From an uncultured Chloroflexia bacterium (GTDB lineage Bacteria; Chloroflexota; Limnocylindria; Limnocylindrales; CSP1-4): a stretch of 64,000 nt of DNA. Shown here in pieces: positions 29,472 to 39,229 of the stretch. A program made the position numbers and the translations under genes. The notes beneath the pieces are model-generated. The model was not told the DNA's origin. It searched no databases and saw only the letters and a list, made by a program, of their open reading frames with translations. The stretch covers positions 128,001 to 192,000 of the forward strand of contig CAWFXA010000003.1 of NCBI GenBank assembly GCA_963819655.1. Direction: 5' to 3'. Numbering within the stretch: the first letter of the stretch is position 1; every line of letters starts with the position of its first letter.

Positions 29472-29957
29472 GTGGGTCGATCTCGGCGGAGCGCCGGCGT
29501 GTTGCTCTATCGGCGTTCTCGGAGCTCCGCCGTCGACGGCGTCGAGGTTCTCCTCGCGCACCCGGGCGGTCCGATCTGGGCCACGCGCGACGAGGGCGTG
29601 TGGACGATCCCGAAGGGCGAGATCGAGGACGGCGAGGATCCGTGGGACGTCGCGCGCCGGGAGTTCGAGGAGGAGACCGGCCATCCGGTCCCTGACGGCT
29701 CCCGGATCGACCTCGGCGAGATCACCCAGAAGGGCGGCAAGGTCGTCGTCGCGTGGGCGCTCGAAGGCGACCTCGATCCGGCGGCCGCGCACAGCAACAC
29801 GTTCCCGTTCCAGTGGCCGCCGAAGTCCGGCCGCTACATCACGATCCCCGAGATCGACCGCGTCGAGTGGTTCGCGCCGGACCGCGGGCGCTCGAAGGTC
29901 AAGGACACACAGATCCCGTTCATCGACCGGCTGCTCGAGGCCCTCGGAGCTGGGTAG
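29472..29957 (+). CDS. NUDIX hydrolase
   Basis: PKGEIEDGEDPWDVARREFEEETG Nudix box; LAHPGGP, PEIDR. Confidence 0.88.
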   Translation: MGRSRRSAGVLLYRRSRSSAVDGVEVLLAHPGGPIWATRDEGVWTIPKGEIEDGEDPWDVARREFEEETGHPVPDGSRIDLGEITQKGGKVVVAWALEGDLDPAAAHSNTFPFQWPPKSGRYITIPEIDRVEWFAPDRGRSKVKDTQIPFIDRLLEALGAG

Positions 29958-29960
29958 CGA

Positions 29961-30332
29961 TCAGCCGTCCTTGATTCCCAGACCGCGGGACACGATCCGA
30001 TCGACTTTGGCGGCCATGATCAGGTCATTGGCGGTGATCGCACCGATCGCGTCGGTCTGCCAGGTGACCACGAGACGGCCCCACGCGACCTCGATCGTGG
30101 GGTGATGCCCCTGCGTCTCGGCGAGTAGCGCGATCCGCGTCCCAAGTGCGAATGCGCCGCCGAAGCCGCTGAACTGGAAGGTCCGGACGATGCGGTCGCC
30201 ACGCACCTCCCAGGCGGGGTCGAGTCCGGCCGCGAGTCGCGCGAGTTCCTCGGACGACAGCGCCGGCGTCGAGGCGTCGACATCTGACGTCGACTGGCTG
30301 GCCAGGGTGGCGGGATCGAGCTCTGCTGGCAT
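29961..30332 (-). CDS. phhB: Pterin-4-alpha-carbinolamine dehydratase
   Basis: AETQGHHP motif, ITANDLIMAAKVD; ATG 30332 after TAGACT -10. Confidence 0.82.
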   Translation of the reverse strand: MPAELDPATLASQSTSDVDASTPALSSEELARLAAGLDPAWEVRGDRIVRTFQFSGFGGAFALGTRIALLAETQGHHPTIEVAWGRLVVTWQTDAIGAITANDLIMAAKVDRIVSRGLGIKDG

Positions 30333-30367
30333 GGGCCGAAGTCTAGGCACTATCCTCAGGGCAGGGC

Positions 30368-32026
30368 ATGGCACGCATACGGTCTGCGGAAACGGCGCAG
30401 CTCCGGCGGGCGATCCGGGCAGGCGCCTTCCTGCTCGCGGTCGCCATGCCGTCGTCGGCGCTGGCCGGGGAGGGTCGCACGCCCGCCCTCGTTCCCGCGC
30501 CGGATCGACCGGTTACGACGCCGCAGCTGACGGTGTCGTCCGAGGACCGGCTCGGCGATGCGCTGCTGCTCGACGAGATCGGTGCGGGACTGCCTTCGGA
30601 CGGGGTGGCAGCTCCGCCGAGCCGCGATGTCGACGCGGTGCTCCGCGCCCAGGCTGACGCCTCGAGCCAGGCGTTCGCGCCCGCGGCGGTCCCGGCTTTC
30701 GCGACGCTCGGCTACATCCAGCGGCCCGTGCCGCTCGCGTCGCACCCGTACACCCTTGCCGCCCCGATCCCGCTCGTCGATCCGGGCACGCACGACGGCG
30801 CCGGCGTGCGGATGGTCAGGATCGGTTCGACGCTCTTCGATCACCCCGTCGCGCAAGCGTCCTACGGCCTGGCCAATCTGTCGAGCTACGACCTGACCGG
30901 CGACGACAGGTATCTCGACCGCGCCATCGCCCAGGCGACGCGCCTGGTCGACACGAAGGTCGTCTCGCGCGATGCCTGGTACTTCCCCTATCCGTTCGAC
31001 TTCGCGCTTCATGGACGTACCGCTGAGACCCTCCGGGCGCCGTGGTACAGCGCCATGGCCCAGGGGATGGGCGTCAGCCTGTTCGTCGGCCTGTTCCAGC
31101 GCACGGACGACGATGCGTGGTCGACGGCGGCCGCAGGTGCGGTCGCCAGCTTCCGGAACCCGCCGGAAGCCGGGATGCCGTGGGTCATCCACGTCGATGG
31201 CGACGGCTACCTCTGGCTGGAGGAGTACCCCGTCGAGCCGCAGTCGCGGTCCGACTTCACGTTCAACGGCCACGTCTACGCGACGTTCGGGCTGTACGAC
31301 TACGCGACACTCACCGGGGACCCGCTGAGCATCCTCCTGTTCGATGGGGCTGCGACCACCACGCGCCGGTACGGCATAGCGCTGGCACCCGTGGGTTTCC
31401 GGTCCCGCAGCTGGCTCAGCATGTACTGCCTGCGTCACGGGGTCCTCGACGCCAAGTACCACGGCATCGTCACGCAGCAGCTCATCGGCGTTCACTCGCT
31501 CACGGCCGATCCGTTGTTCGCGCGCGTGTCCGATACGTATCGGGCCGATTACCCGGCGAGCCAGACGTCGCGCGTGCGCTTCGCGGCGGGGACCTGGACG
31601 GGCTACGTCTTCGACAGCCAGGGCCGGATCGTGAAGAGGCGGACGGTCGGCTTCAGCCGGACATCGACGGCGCCGTCCGATCGATACGTGCGGATCAAGG
31701 GCCGCGGGCTGTACTACCGGATCACGGCGGGCTCGCTCAAGGGCTACATGGTGGCCGAGCGGGCCGGCCTGGTCCATGCCACCGGCCGATACGGTTCCGC
31801 CCGCTACTACCCGGAACGCCGCGCCGGGTTCCGCGCAGGAACGACGATCGCCTACCGGTTCGACTCGGCAGGCCAGCGGTCCATCTCGCGGCGCATCTCA
31901 CTCGGCGGCCCGAGCAGCGCGCCGTTCGACCAGTCCGCGATGTTCGGCGGCCGCCGATACGCGCACATCACGGCCGGCCGGCTGGCGGGGTACTGGGTGC
32001 TCACCTCCGCGGTCACGCTCTCCTGA
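30368..32026 (+). CDS. Secreted D-glucuronyl C5-epimerase family protein with two C-terminal beta-rich repeats
   Basis: Signal peptide; PWYSAMAQG, WLEEYP, FTFNGH.Y..FGLYDY, S.YCL, YH...QQL; duplicated ~60-aa module. Confidence 0.8.
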   Translation: MARIRSAETAQLRRAIRAGAFLLAVAMPSSALAGEGRTPALVPAPDRPVTTPQLTVSSEDRLGDALLLDEIGAGLPSDGVAAPPSRDVDAVLRAQADASSQAFAPAAVPAFATLGYIQRPVPLASHPYTLAAPIPLVDPGTHDGAGVRMVRIGSTLFDHPVAQASYGLANLSSYDLTGDDRYLDRAIAQATRLVDTKVVSRDAWYFPYPFDFALHGRTAETLRAPWYSAMAQGMGVSLFVGLFQRTDDDAWSTAAAGAVASFRNPPEAGMPWVIHVDGDGYLWLEEYPVEPQSRSDFTFNGHVYATFGLYDYATLTGDPLSILLFDGAATTTRRYGIALAPVGFRSRSWLSMYCLRHGVLDAKYHGIVTQQLIGVHSLTADPLFARVSDTYRADYPASQTSRVRFAAGTWTGYVFDSQGRIVKRRTVGFSRTSTAPSDRYVRIKGRGLYYRITAGSLKGYMVAERAGLVHATGRYGSARYYPERRAGFRAGTTIAYRFDSAGQRSISRRISLGGPSSAPFDQSAMFGGRRYAHITAGRLAGYWVLTSAVTLS

Positions 32027-32052
32027 CGGGCGTCGACGTTCCGCGATCCCGC

Positions 32053-32916
32053 TCAGCCGGGGCCGTCCTGCACGACGATGTCGCCGGAGGTCAACGGGAA
32101 CGGGCCGCCCGGGATGAACCGGGTCTGGCACCAGCCTTCCATCGTGGTCAGCGTCTCACCGCGATTGCTCAGCCACAGGATGGCCTCATCACCGCGGCCG
32201 TTCGGACCGCCGTCGTGGAGATGCAGGAACGCGGCGCGGTTTTTGCTCCCGTCCGTGGCCGTCGTCGCCGGACCGGCAAGCCATGCGTCCGATCCTGAGA
32301 TCACGAGGCAGGTGATCGGACCTCCGTATGAATCCCCTGCGGGCGTCGCGGGGATCGTGCGCGACCACTCGCCGACCGGATCACCTTCGAAATGCGCAGA
32401 GACGGCGTCGCGCCTTGCCCCCGGCTCGCCGTACGTATAGGCACCGGCGACGAAGCGTGCCGGTCCGGGGGACGCGGACGGCGGGATCGAGGCAGCGGAC
32501 GGAGAGGGCAGGGCCGAGGCGGTCGAGGGAGACGGCGTGACGGACGCCGACGGGGTTTGCGACGCTGTTGTCGCGACCGCGGGTGGTGAAGGCGAAGCCT
32601 CGAGTCTTCCCCCGGCGATCAGGGGCACCGCGATCGTTGCGAGCAGGAGCGTCGCGGCAAGGGCCAGGAGGATGCGCCAGTCGAATCGCCGGGCCCCGGA
32701 CGCCTCGTCGAAGACCCGCTGCCGGACACGCGGCGACACCGAGACTTCACCGAGTTGGCCTCGCAGCAGGATGTCGTCCCGTCGCATCGCGGCCGCGACG
32801 GAGCGGCAGCTCGGACACGTGGCGAGGTGCCGCTCCAGTTCCTGTTCCTCCGCGGCGGGTAGGACCTCCCTGATCTGCTTCGCCGCGAGGAGCAGGAACG
32901 TCTCGTGATCCATCAT
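32053..32916 (-). CDS. Anti-sigma factor (zf-HC2) with TM and extracytoplasmic domain
   Basis: LERHLATCPSC HxxxCxxC, TM helix, S/P-rich linker. Confidence 0.85.
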   Translation of the reverse strand: MMDHETFLLLAAKQIREVLPAAEEQELERHLATCPSCRSVAAAMRRDDILLRGQLGEVSVSPRVRQRVFDEASGARRFDWRILLALAATLLLATIAVPLIAGGRLEASPSPPAVATTASQTPSASVTPSPSTASALPSPSAASIPPSASPGPARFVAGAYTYGEPGARRDAVSAHFEGDPVGEWSRTIPATPAGDSYGGPITCLVISGSDAWLAGPATTATDGSKNRAAFLHLHDGGPNGRGDEAILWLSNRGETLTTMEGWCQTRFIPGGPFPLTSGDIVVQDGPG

Positions 32917-33461
32917 CGCGGTGCATCCCCGGACCCCGACAGGATCTCCCGAAGTCGGATCCGCGCGCGGCAGATGTAGGTGGACGTCGCGTTGGCCGTT
33001 CGACCGATCGCTTCACCGATCTCAGTGGATGAGAATCCGGCGGCGGCCATCAAGAGGGCGACTCGAGCATCCGGTGGCAACTCCGCGAGTCCGTTTCGGA
33101 GCCGGGCGCTTTCATCGGAGCGGATGGCGTGGTCCTCGGGCGAAACGCCCATGGTGAGATCGACGAGCGCAGCGTTCCTGCGGACAGCCACCGTCTGACG
33201 CCGTCCCCGGCTGACGATCAGATTCGCACAGACCCGGTGGAGCCAGCCCCCGACATTGTCTGGGACGTCGCCCTGCCGAACCTGACGGACGAACCGAAGG
33301 AACGTCTCCTGGACCAGGTCGTCGGCTGCGTCGTCGTCGCGGACCGCAGCGAGTGCGAAGGCCTTGAGGCGTGCCGCATGCGCATCGAAGGCCTCTTCCA
33401 CTATCAGGCCGACGGCCGATCGAGCTGGCGCCATACGTGTCGTCGCGACATCGCTCGTCAC
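32913..33461 (-). CDS. ECF RNA polymerase sigma factor
   Basis: ADDLVQETFL, GWLHRVCAN region 2; G.SSTEIGEAIG..YICRAR region 4; start uncertain (33434-33557). Confidence 0.88.
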   Translation of the reverse strand: MTSDVATTRMAPARSAVGLIVEEAFDAHAARLKAFALAAVRDDDAADDLVQETFLRFVRQVRQGDVPDNVGGWLHRVCANLIVSRGRRQTVAVRRNAALVDLTMGVSPEDHAIRSDESARLRNGLAELPPDARVALLMAAAGFSSTEIGEAIGRTANATSTYICRARIRLREILSGSGDAPR

Positions 33462-33636
33462 GACCGGGTTGTCCGTTGGTTCGACATCCGGTCCATTGAC
33501 GTTTGCGTCGTCGATGTCTTTCACACGGCAACGCGGTCTCGGCCGATCATCGCGCACGTTCCCTCTGGAACAGAGGGCGAATCGTACCCCTCGTCTGTCA
33601 GTGCTCCGGGAAGGTGCGGTATCATCGCCGACCCGT

Positions 33637-33711
<75 letters not shown>

Positions 33712-33727
33712 CGATTTCACGCAGCAG

Positions 33728-33765
33728 ATGACCCCTGACGGATGGTCCGTCAGGGGTCTGTCTTT
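33728..33765 (+). terminator. Terminator after tRNA-Lys
   Basis: GACCCCTGACGG-ATGGT-CCGTCAGGGGTC then TGTCTTT. Confidence 0.8.
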
Positions 33766-33918
33766 GGCCTGCACCACGCTGCCTCACGCGTCGAGCCGTC
33801 GACACCGGGATCGGGCTGGCGTGGCCGGCGACGACGGCGCGAAAACGCCGTCGCGACACCCCAGGCGTAGTGTCCGCCCCGCCGGGGAGCGATGCTGGGG
33901 GAACGCAGGAGGCCGACA

Positions 33919-34392
33919 TTGGTCCGCAGACTACTGCTCGCGCTCACGATGGGCGCGCTGGCAACAGGGGTCCTCGCGCAGGTCGCACTGGCGGGTGCGC
34001 CGGAGCGCTTCACTGAGACCTTCGAAGGCACGAACTTCATCCCCGAAGGTGAGCTCTGCGATTTCGACTACTCGCAAACCTTCTCGGGGACGGACGAAGT
34101 CACGATCTTCGGCGACCGCGTGCAGGTGCACGAGACCCTCGCCGTCGCGCACACGAACGTCGGCACGAACTACACGTTGACGGAGAACGACAGGCTCTTC
34201 TTCACGTTCAGGGCTGACTCGGAGAAGGATGTCGGGATCTTCTGGCACCTGCGTGACCCGAACGGAAAGATGGTCGTCGTCCAGGCTGGGCAACTCCGCT
34301 TTGACGAGACCGGCCTGATCAAGTTCACGCCCAACATCAACCCAGATTTCGCCGCGGTGATCTGTCCCGCGCTCGGAGGCAGCCCGGCCTAG
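33919..34392 (+). CDS. Secreted hypothetical protein
   Basis: AGGAGG RBS before TTG; signal peptide ending VALA; two Cys; beta-rich. Confidence 0.7.
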   Translation: MVRRLLLALTMGALATGVLAQVALAGAPERFTETFEGTNFIPEGELCDFDYSQTFSGTDEVTIFGDRVQVHETLAVAHTNVGTNYTLTENDRLFFTFRADSEKDVGIFWHLRDPNGKMVVVQAGQLRFDETGLIKFTPNINPDFAAVICPALGGSPA

Positions 34393-34408
34393 GCGAACCC
34401 ACGAAGAC

Positions 34409-34447
34409 ATGACCCCCGACGGACTCGCCGTCGGGGGTCATGATTTA
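34409..34447 (+). terminator. Terminator, near-copy of the tRNA terminator
   Basis: ATGACCCCCGACGG-ACTCG-CCGTCGGGGGTCAT. Confidence 0.72.
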
Positions 34448-34605
34448 GGGCGGGCGCCCCCGCGCCGCCCCACTGGAATGCCTAATCAGCACGACCCAGC
34501 CATGAACGTCCGGCTAACAGTGCAGGGCCTCGACGAGCTCGGTCAGCGGTTCAGCTCTATGACGCGCTTTCCTCGAGGTCATTGCAGGACCCCATCCGAT
34601 GCGCG

Positions 34606-35559
34606 TCAGCGCATCAACCAGCGCAACCGCGAGTACATGGCGGGCGCCAGGGCTGCCGCGTAGGTATTGGTCAGGTGATGCGCGTCGCGATAGCGGAGGA
34701 TTCGGTTCGACGTCACGGGCCAGCAACGTGTCGGCTGGCAGATCCAGTCGGCCATGTCGGTCGCGCGCACCCACGCGTACCTCACGTCGACAGCGGTCTC
34801 CGCCTGCCAGTGCAGCGCCTCTAGCGAGCTCGAACGCAGCCCCGAACAGGGTTGAGTCCAGCCAGCCTTCGCCACCAGGCAGGACGGGACGAGGAACCTG
34901 AAGCTCGGTGTGTCGCGAAGGATCACGACCCGGCGCACCTGACCAGCCACGCGATCGACCGTGCGTCGATAGCCGGCTTCCCACTCCGCGCGCTCCGCGT
35001 CCGGATCGGTGATGACCGCCCAGTTCGCGCGCCGGAGCAGGGTCGATCGCGACGAACCGCTCATCACGAGGAGGTCGACCCGAGGGAGGTTGCGGATCTT
35101 GGTCAGCACGTTCCGTCGCCACGTGTCGCAGGCCGCATAGCGGGACGAGCCGCTGCGGATCGTGACATCGGCGGCCGGACACGCCGTTTTGCTCATCCAG
35201 ACGACACGCCAGCCAGCGCGCCGCGCGGCGCCGTCGATCGCCGCCCACCACTGGGCCATGACCGAGTCGCCGATCACCACCACGACCTTCGTGCCGTCAC
35301 GCCGGCCGTACGTGCAATGGGTCGGGCTGGTGGTCGCGCGAGCGACGTGGCAACCGTCTCGATAGACGCGGCCCAGGTCGGATGGCGCGGCGGAGGTCCG
35401 TGGCTGAAGTGTCGAGAGGGAGACGCGGCTCGGGTCGTCGGCCGGGTCCGGCACGGCCGCTGAGACGGGTCGCGCACTCAGGGGCAGAAGACCCGACAGG
35501 ACGATGAGGCCGGCGATGCCGAGGCGGACCGGCGGCGGGAAGCGACGCTCGGCGACCAT
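34606..35559 (-). CDS. Secreted stand-alone SGNH domain protein (OafA/AT3-associated type)
   Basis: VIGDSVMAQW (GDS), KTACP, YRDAHHL (DxxH), paired Cys; signal peptide; no AT3 membrane domain. Confidence 0.8.
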   Translation of the reverse strand: MVAERRFPPPVRLGIAGLIVLSGLLPLSARPVSAAVPDPADDPSRVSLSTLQPRTSAAPSDLGRVYRDGCHVARATTSPTHCTYGRRDGTKVVVVIGDSVMAQWWAAIDGAARRAGWRVVWMSKTACPAADVTIRSGSSRYAACDTWRRNVLTKIRNLPRVDLLVMSGSSRSTLLRRANWAVITDPDAERAEWEAGYRRTVDRVAGQVRRVVILRDTPSFRFLVPSCLVAKAGWTQPCSGLRSSSLEALHWQAETAVDVRYAWVRATDMADWICQPTRCWPVTSNRILRYRDAHHLTNTYAAALAPAMYSRLRWLMR

Positions 35560-35659
35560 CGACACGAGCCTACACCCCTGATCCAGAACCGCCGGCCGAA
35601 TATGGCCGTACCTCCCAATAGAGCTCGGACCCCACGCCCGAGACGGAAGGAGGAGACGG

Positions 35660-36154
35660 ATGCGAAAGCTGCTCTTCGTCATCGCCGGAGGCGGGCTGGC
35701 CCTCGCTCTGGCGGCGCCAGTCGTGATCGGCGATTCCGACCAGGCGTTCACGGCCTCCCTCAATGGCTATCTCGAGGTGCCATCGATCTCGACCACCGCA
35801 CGTGGCTCGTTCCAGGCCGAGGTCGTCGGGTCGACCATCAAGTATCGATTGGTCTTCCGCGACCTCTCGACGCCTTCGCTGTTCTCGCACATCCACTTCG
35901 CCCGGCCCGACGTGAACGGAGGGGTGTCCGCCTTCCTGTGCGGCGGCGGTGGGAAGGCGGCATGTCCGACGACGGCCGGCACCGTGACCGGCACGATCGT
36001 GGCAGCCGATGTCATCGGCCCGACCGACAAGGGCATCCTGGCGGGCGAGTTCGCCGAGCTGCTCCGGGCGATGCGCAACGGCGCGACGTACGTCAACGTC
36101 CACAGCGACGCGTGGCCGAGCGGCGAGATCCGCGGCAACATCCGCCGCTCCTGA
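35660..36154 (+). CDS. CHRD domain secreted protein
   Basis: SLNG..EVP, SHIHF, G.TYVNVHS..PSGEIRGNI. Confidence 0.9.
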   Translation: MRKLLFVIAGGGLALALAAPVVIGDSDQAFTASLNGYLEVPSISTTARGSFQAEVVGSTIKYRLVFRDLSTPSLFSHIHFARPDVNGGVSAFLCGGGGKAACPTTAGTVTGTIVAADVIGPTDKGILAGEFAELLRAMRNGATYVNVHSDAWPSGEIRGNIRRS

Positions 36155-36177
36155 CCTAACTCGACACCCCCGCACAC

Positions 36178-36214
36178 GAACGGCCGGGTCTCCCTCCGGG
36201 GCACCCGGCCGTTC
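36178..36214 (+). terminator. Hairpin downstream of CHRD gene
   Basis: GAACGGCCGGGT...ACCCGGCCGTTC 12-bp stem. Confidence 0.55.
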
Positions 36215-36236
36215 CACGTTCCGTACACTCGGCGTC

Positions 36237-37199
36237 ATGACACAGAAGGTGATCCTGGACGTCGATACGGGCACGGACGACGCCGTGGCCCTCATGCTCG
36301 CCGCGCTCCACCCGGACCTGGAGTTGCTCGCAGCGACGACGGTCAACGGGAATGTGCCGGTCGACTACTGCACGGAGAACTCGCTCCGGGTGTTCGACCA
36401 CATCGGGGTGCCGGTGCCGGTCTACGAGGGCGTGAGCCGGCCCATCGAGCGGGCCGATTTCCCGATCGCGCGCGGTGACATCCAGAGTTCGAACGCCGTG
36501 CACGGCGGCTACCTCGACATCCCACCGTCGACCTCGACGAAGCAATCGACGGGAGCGGTCGACTTCCTGATCGAGACGTACCTCGCGGCGACCGACGAGA
36601 TCATCCTCGTCCCGGTCGGACCGCTGTCCAACGTCGCCACGGCGCTCCGACGCGAGCCGCGCCTGAAGGACCGCATCCCCGAGCTCGTGATCATGGGCGG
36701 GGCGAACCGCTACGGGAACGTGACCCCGCGCGCGGAGTTCAACGTCTGGGCCGACCCGGAAGCTGCCCGCACCGTCATCACGAGCGGCATCCGCAAGATC
36801 ACGCTCGTGCCGCTCGATGCGACCCACCGGGCCCTCGTCTCGCTCGACGACTGTGCCGCGCTCCGGGCGCTCGGCACGCCCGCCGGCGACGCGGCGGCCA
36901 CGTTCACCGAGCGTCGGATCCAGGGGTACGACACGACCCAGCCGATGAAGCGTCGGCATGCCGCGCCGGTCCACGACGCGCTCGCAGTCGCGGCGATCGT
37001 CGACCCTGCGGTCATCACGACCCACCACCTCCATGTCGACGTCGAGACCAAGGGCGAGCTGACCGTGGGCGAGACCGTCGTCGACACGAACTTTCGGAGC
37101 CGGCAGGAGCCGAATGTCCACGTGGCGCTCGACGCCGACGAGCGGGCGTTCGTGTCGATGCTGTTGGAGACGTTCGCCAGGAATCCGGCTGTCAACTGA
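36237..37199 (+). CDS. Inosine/uridine-preferring nucleoside hydrolase
   Basis: DVDTGTDD, GPLSNVA, MGG, AEFN.WADPEAA, HDALA. Confidence 0.92.
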   Translation: MTQKVILDVDTGTDDAVALMLAALHPDLELLAATTVNGNVPVDYCTENSLRVFDHIGVPVPVYEGVSRPIERADFPIARGDIQSSNAVHGGYLDIPPSTSTKQSTGAVDFLIETYLAATDEIILVPVGPLSNVATALRREPRLKDRIPELVIMGGANRYGNVTPRAEFNVWADPEAARTVITSGIRKITLVPLDATHRALVSLDDCAALRALGTPAGDAAATFTERRIQGYDTTQPMKRRHAAPVHDALAVAAIVDPAVITTHHLHVDVETKGELTVGETVVDTNFRSRQEPNVHVALDADERAFVSMLLETFARNPAVN

Positions 37200-37254
37200 C
37201 CGACATCGCCGCACATTGGCGCCACAAGCCGATCGCCCGCGCGTCTAGCCTGCC

Positions 37255-38535
37255 ATGGAAGTGCCCACCATCCTTCGCCGATCTCTGACCATCCTCGCCG
37301 TGGGTGCCCTCGTGGCTGCGTGTGGCACCACATCGACCGCGAGCCCGTCGGGCTTGACCCAACCATCCTCGCCGCCGCCCACGGCGGCGCCCTCGGGATC
37401 CGCTGCCTCGCCGTCGCCGTCCGCGTCGGCGGCGATCCGGGTGGAGCGGGCGGGGTCCATGCTGCGTGCCCGGACCGGGTTCGAATCCGTCCTCCTCGGT
37501 GACGGCACCGTGCTCGCTGTCGGCGACCACTCTGCCTGTCTCCCGGGCCCAGCGGAGCCGGGCAGTGAGCGGGCCGAACGCTACGACTCGAGCACGGACA
37601 TGTGGACGGAGGCCGAGAACCTCAACAAGCCGCGCAAGTCGTTCGCGATGGTGCCGCTCAAGGATGGCGCTGCGATGGTGGTCGGTGGCATGAACGCGGA
37701 CGACGTCCCGTTCTCGAGCACAAAGGTCTTCGCTCCGGATTCCGGGACTTGGTCCGACGGGCCGCTCCTCGAGATCGCGGTCGGCGACGGGCTCGCCGCG
37801 ACCCTCACCGACGGACGGGTGATGTCCTTCAGGCCCCGGTTCTACGGCGAGACTGGCACCGCGACGGCCGTCGAGCTCCTAGATCCGACGGCTGGTCGGT
37901 GGGAACCAGGGACGGAAGTCGGCATCTTCGTCGATGGGGTCCTTGCTCTCTCAGATGGAAACCTTTTGGCGAGGGGCTCGGCCTTCGAATCGCCCGAGCT
38001 TCTCTACCGTTACGATCCGGCCGCCGACGCCTGGACGAATGTCGCCAGCCCGATCGAGATCGTCAGCTCAATGGACTTTGGGAGATTCGGACCGTTAGTA
38101 GCGCTCGAGGACGGTGACGTCCTTGCGCTGAGCGTCGCGGCGTCTTCCACTGATCCGTTCCCATCGACTGGGGTGCGGCGGTTCGACGGCGCCACCGGAG
38201 AGTGGTCGGAAGGCGCCCCCACGTCGACTCCCCGGGAGGGCGCGATGATCGCGACGCTCGCCGACGGTCGGGTGCTCGTCGCTGGTGGGGCCACGTCCGA
38301 CGAGAACGACATGGGAGCCCGCGCGCTAGCCACGACCGAGATCTACGATCCCGTCGCCGATTCGTGGACCGCAGGCCCCGATCTGCTAGAGCCGCGCAAG
38401 GACGGCCACGCGCTCCTCCTGACCGACGGCAGTGTCCTGATCCACGGCGGTGACGCGAGCTTTAACGTCAATGGCGACGTGCCGTGGTGCCCGGATCCGA
38501 TGACAACGACTGAACGGGTCTACCTTGGGTCCTGA
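37255..38535 (+). CDS. Kelch-repeat beta-propeller lipoprotein
   Basis: VAAC lipobox, S/P linker, repeats L.DG.VL..GG...E.YDP...W. Confidence 0.85.
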   Translation: MEVPTILRRSLTILAVGALVAACGTTSTASPSGLTQPSSPPPTAAPSGSAASPSPSASAAIRVERAGSMLRARTGFESVLLGDGTVLAVGDHSACLPGPAEPGSERAERYDSSTDMWTEAENLNKPRKSFAMVPLKDGAAMVVGGMNADDVPFSSTKVFAPDSGTWSDGPLLEIAVGDGLAATLTDGRVMSFRPRFYGETGTATAVELLDPTAGRWEPGTEVGIFVDGVLALSDGNLLARGSAFESPELLYRYDPAADAWTNVASPIEIVSSMDFGRFGPLVALEDGDVLALSVAASSTDPFPSTGVRRFDGATGEWSEGAPTSTPREGAMIATLADGRVLVAGGATSDENDMGARALATTEIYDPVADSWTAGPDLLEPRKDGHALLLTDGSVLIHGGDASFNVNGDVPWCPDPMTTTERVYLGS

Positions 38536-38565
38536 GAGATAGCGACCAGCCCGGGAGGACCGACC

Positions 38566-39036
38566 ATGACGCGATCCGTCAGGCACGCCACTTTCACGAT
38601 CGAGAAGACATACGACGCACCGCCATCGACGGTCTGGCGCGCATGGTCCGACCCCGCCGAGAAGGCCGTGTGGTTCTCGGGTCCCGAGGAATGGGGTCCC
38701 GACGAGTTCGAGCTCGACTTCCGGGTCGGTGGGCGCGAGATCAGCCGCGGCGGCCCGCCCGGCGGGCCTGTGTTCACCTACGACGCCACGTATCGCGACA
38801 TCGTGCCGGGTGAGCGGTTCGTCTACGCATACGACATGTTCAGCGACGAGATGCGGATCTCGGTCTCGCTCGGGACGGTCGAGTTAGCGGCGGTCGGCGG
38901 CGGCACGAAGCTGACCTACACCGATCACGGTGCGTACCTCGACGGCGCCGACACGCCGGAGGAGCGTGAGCACGGGACCCTGGAGCTGCTCGACGCTCTC
39001 GGTCGGGTCCTATCCGGGGAGCCCGCGACCGCCTGA
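38566..39036 (+). CDS. SRPBCC/AHSA1-like protein
   Basis: APPSTVWRAWSDP..KAVWF, LDFRVGG, GTKLT; GGAGG RBS. Confidence 0.87.
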   Translation: MTRSVRHATFTIEKTYDAPPSTVWRAWSDPAEKAVWFSGPEEWGPDEFELDFRVGGREISRGGPPGGPVFTYDATYRDIVPGERFVYAYDMFSDEMRISVSLGTVELAAVGGGTKLTYTDHGAYLDGADTPEEREHGTLELLDALGRVLSGEPATA

Positions 39037-39091
39037 CGGCGGGGCTCCCGGGGCGCCGACCGTCGCAAGGGTCGGGATGCTACCCTGACGC

Positions 39092-39212
39092 CGTCCTTGG
39101 ATGGCCGGTCCTGTGAGGCCGGCGTACCGGTCCCGTGAGGCCGGCGAAGGAGGCATCGATGTCCGCGCACGCCCTCGCCCACCACGCCGATCCGGCGGGT
39201 GGGTCGTTTGTT
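39092..39212 (+). promoter_or_regulatory. PyrR-type attenuator with two tandem PyrR-binding loops and terminator
   Basis: GCCGGTCCTGTGAGGCCGGC (39104-39123) and CCGGTCCCGTGAGGCCGG (39127-39144) resemble ARUCCNGNGAGGYU; terminator 39177-39212; TACCCT -10 at 39081. Confidence 0.82.
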
Positions 39213-39229
39213 ATCCGGGCCGCCGTCGA

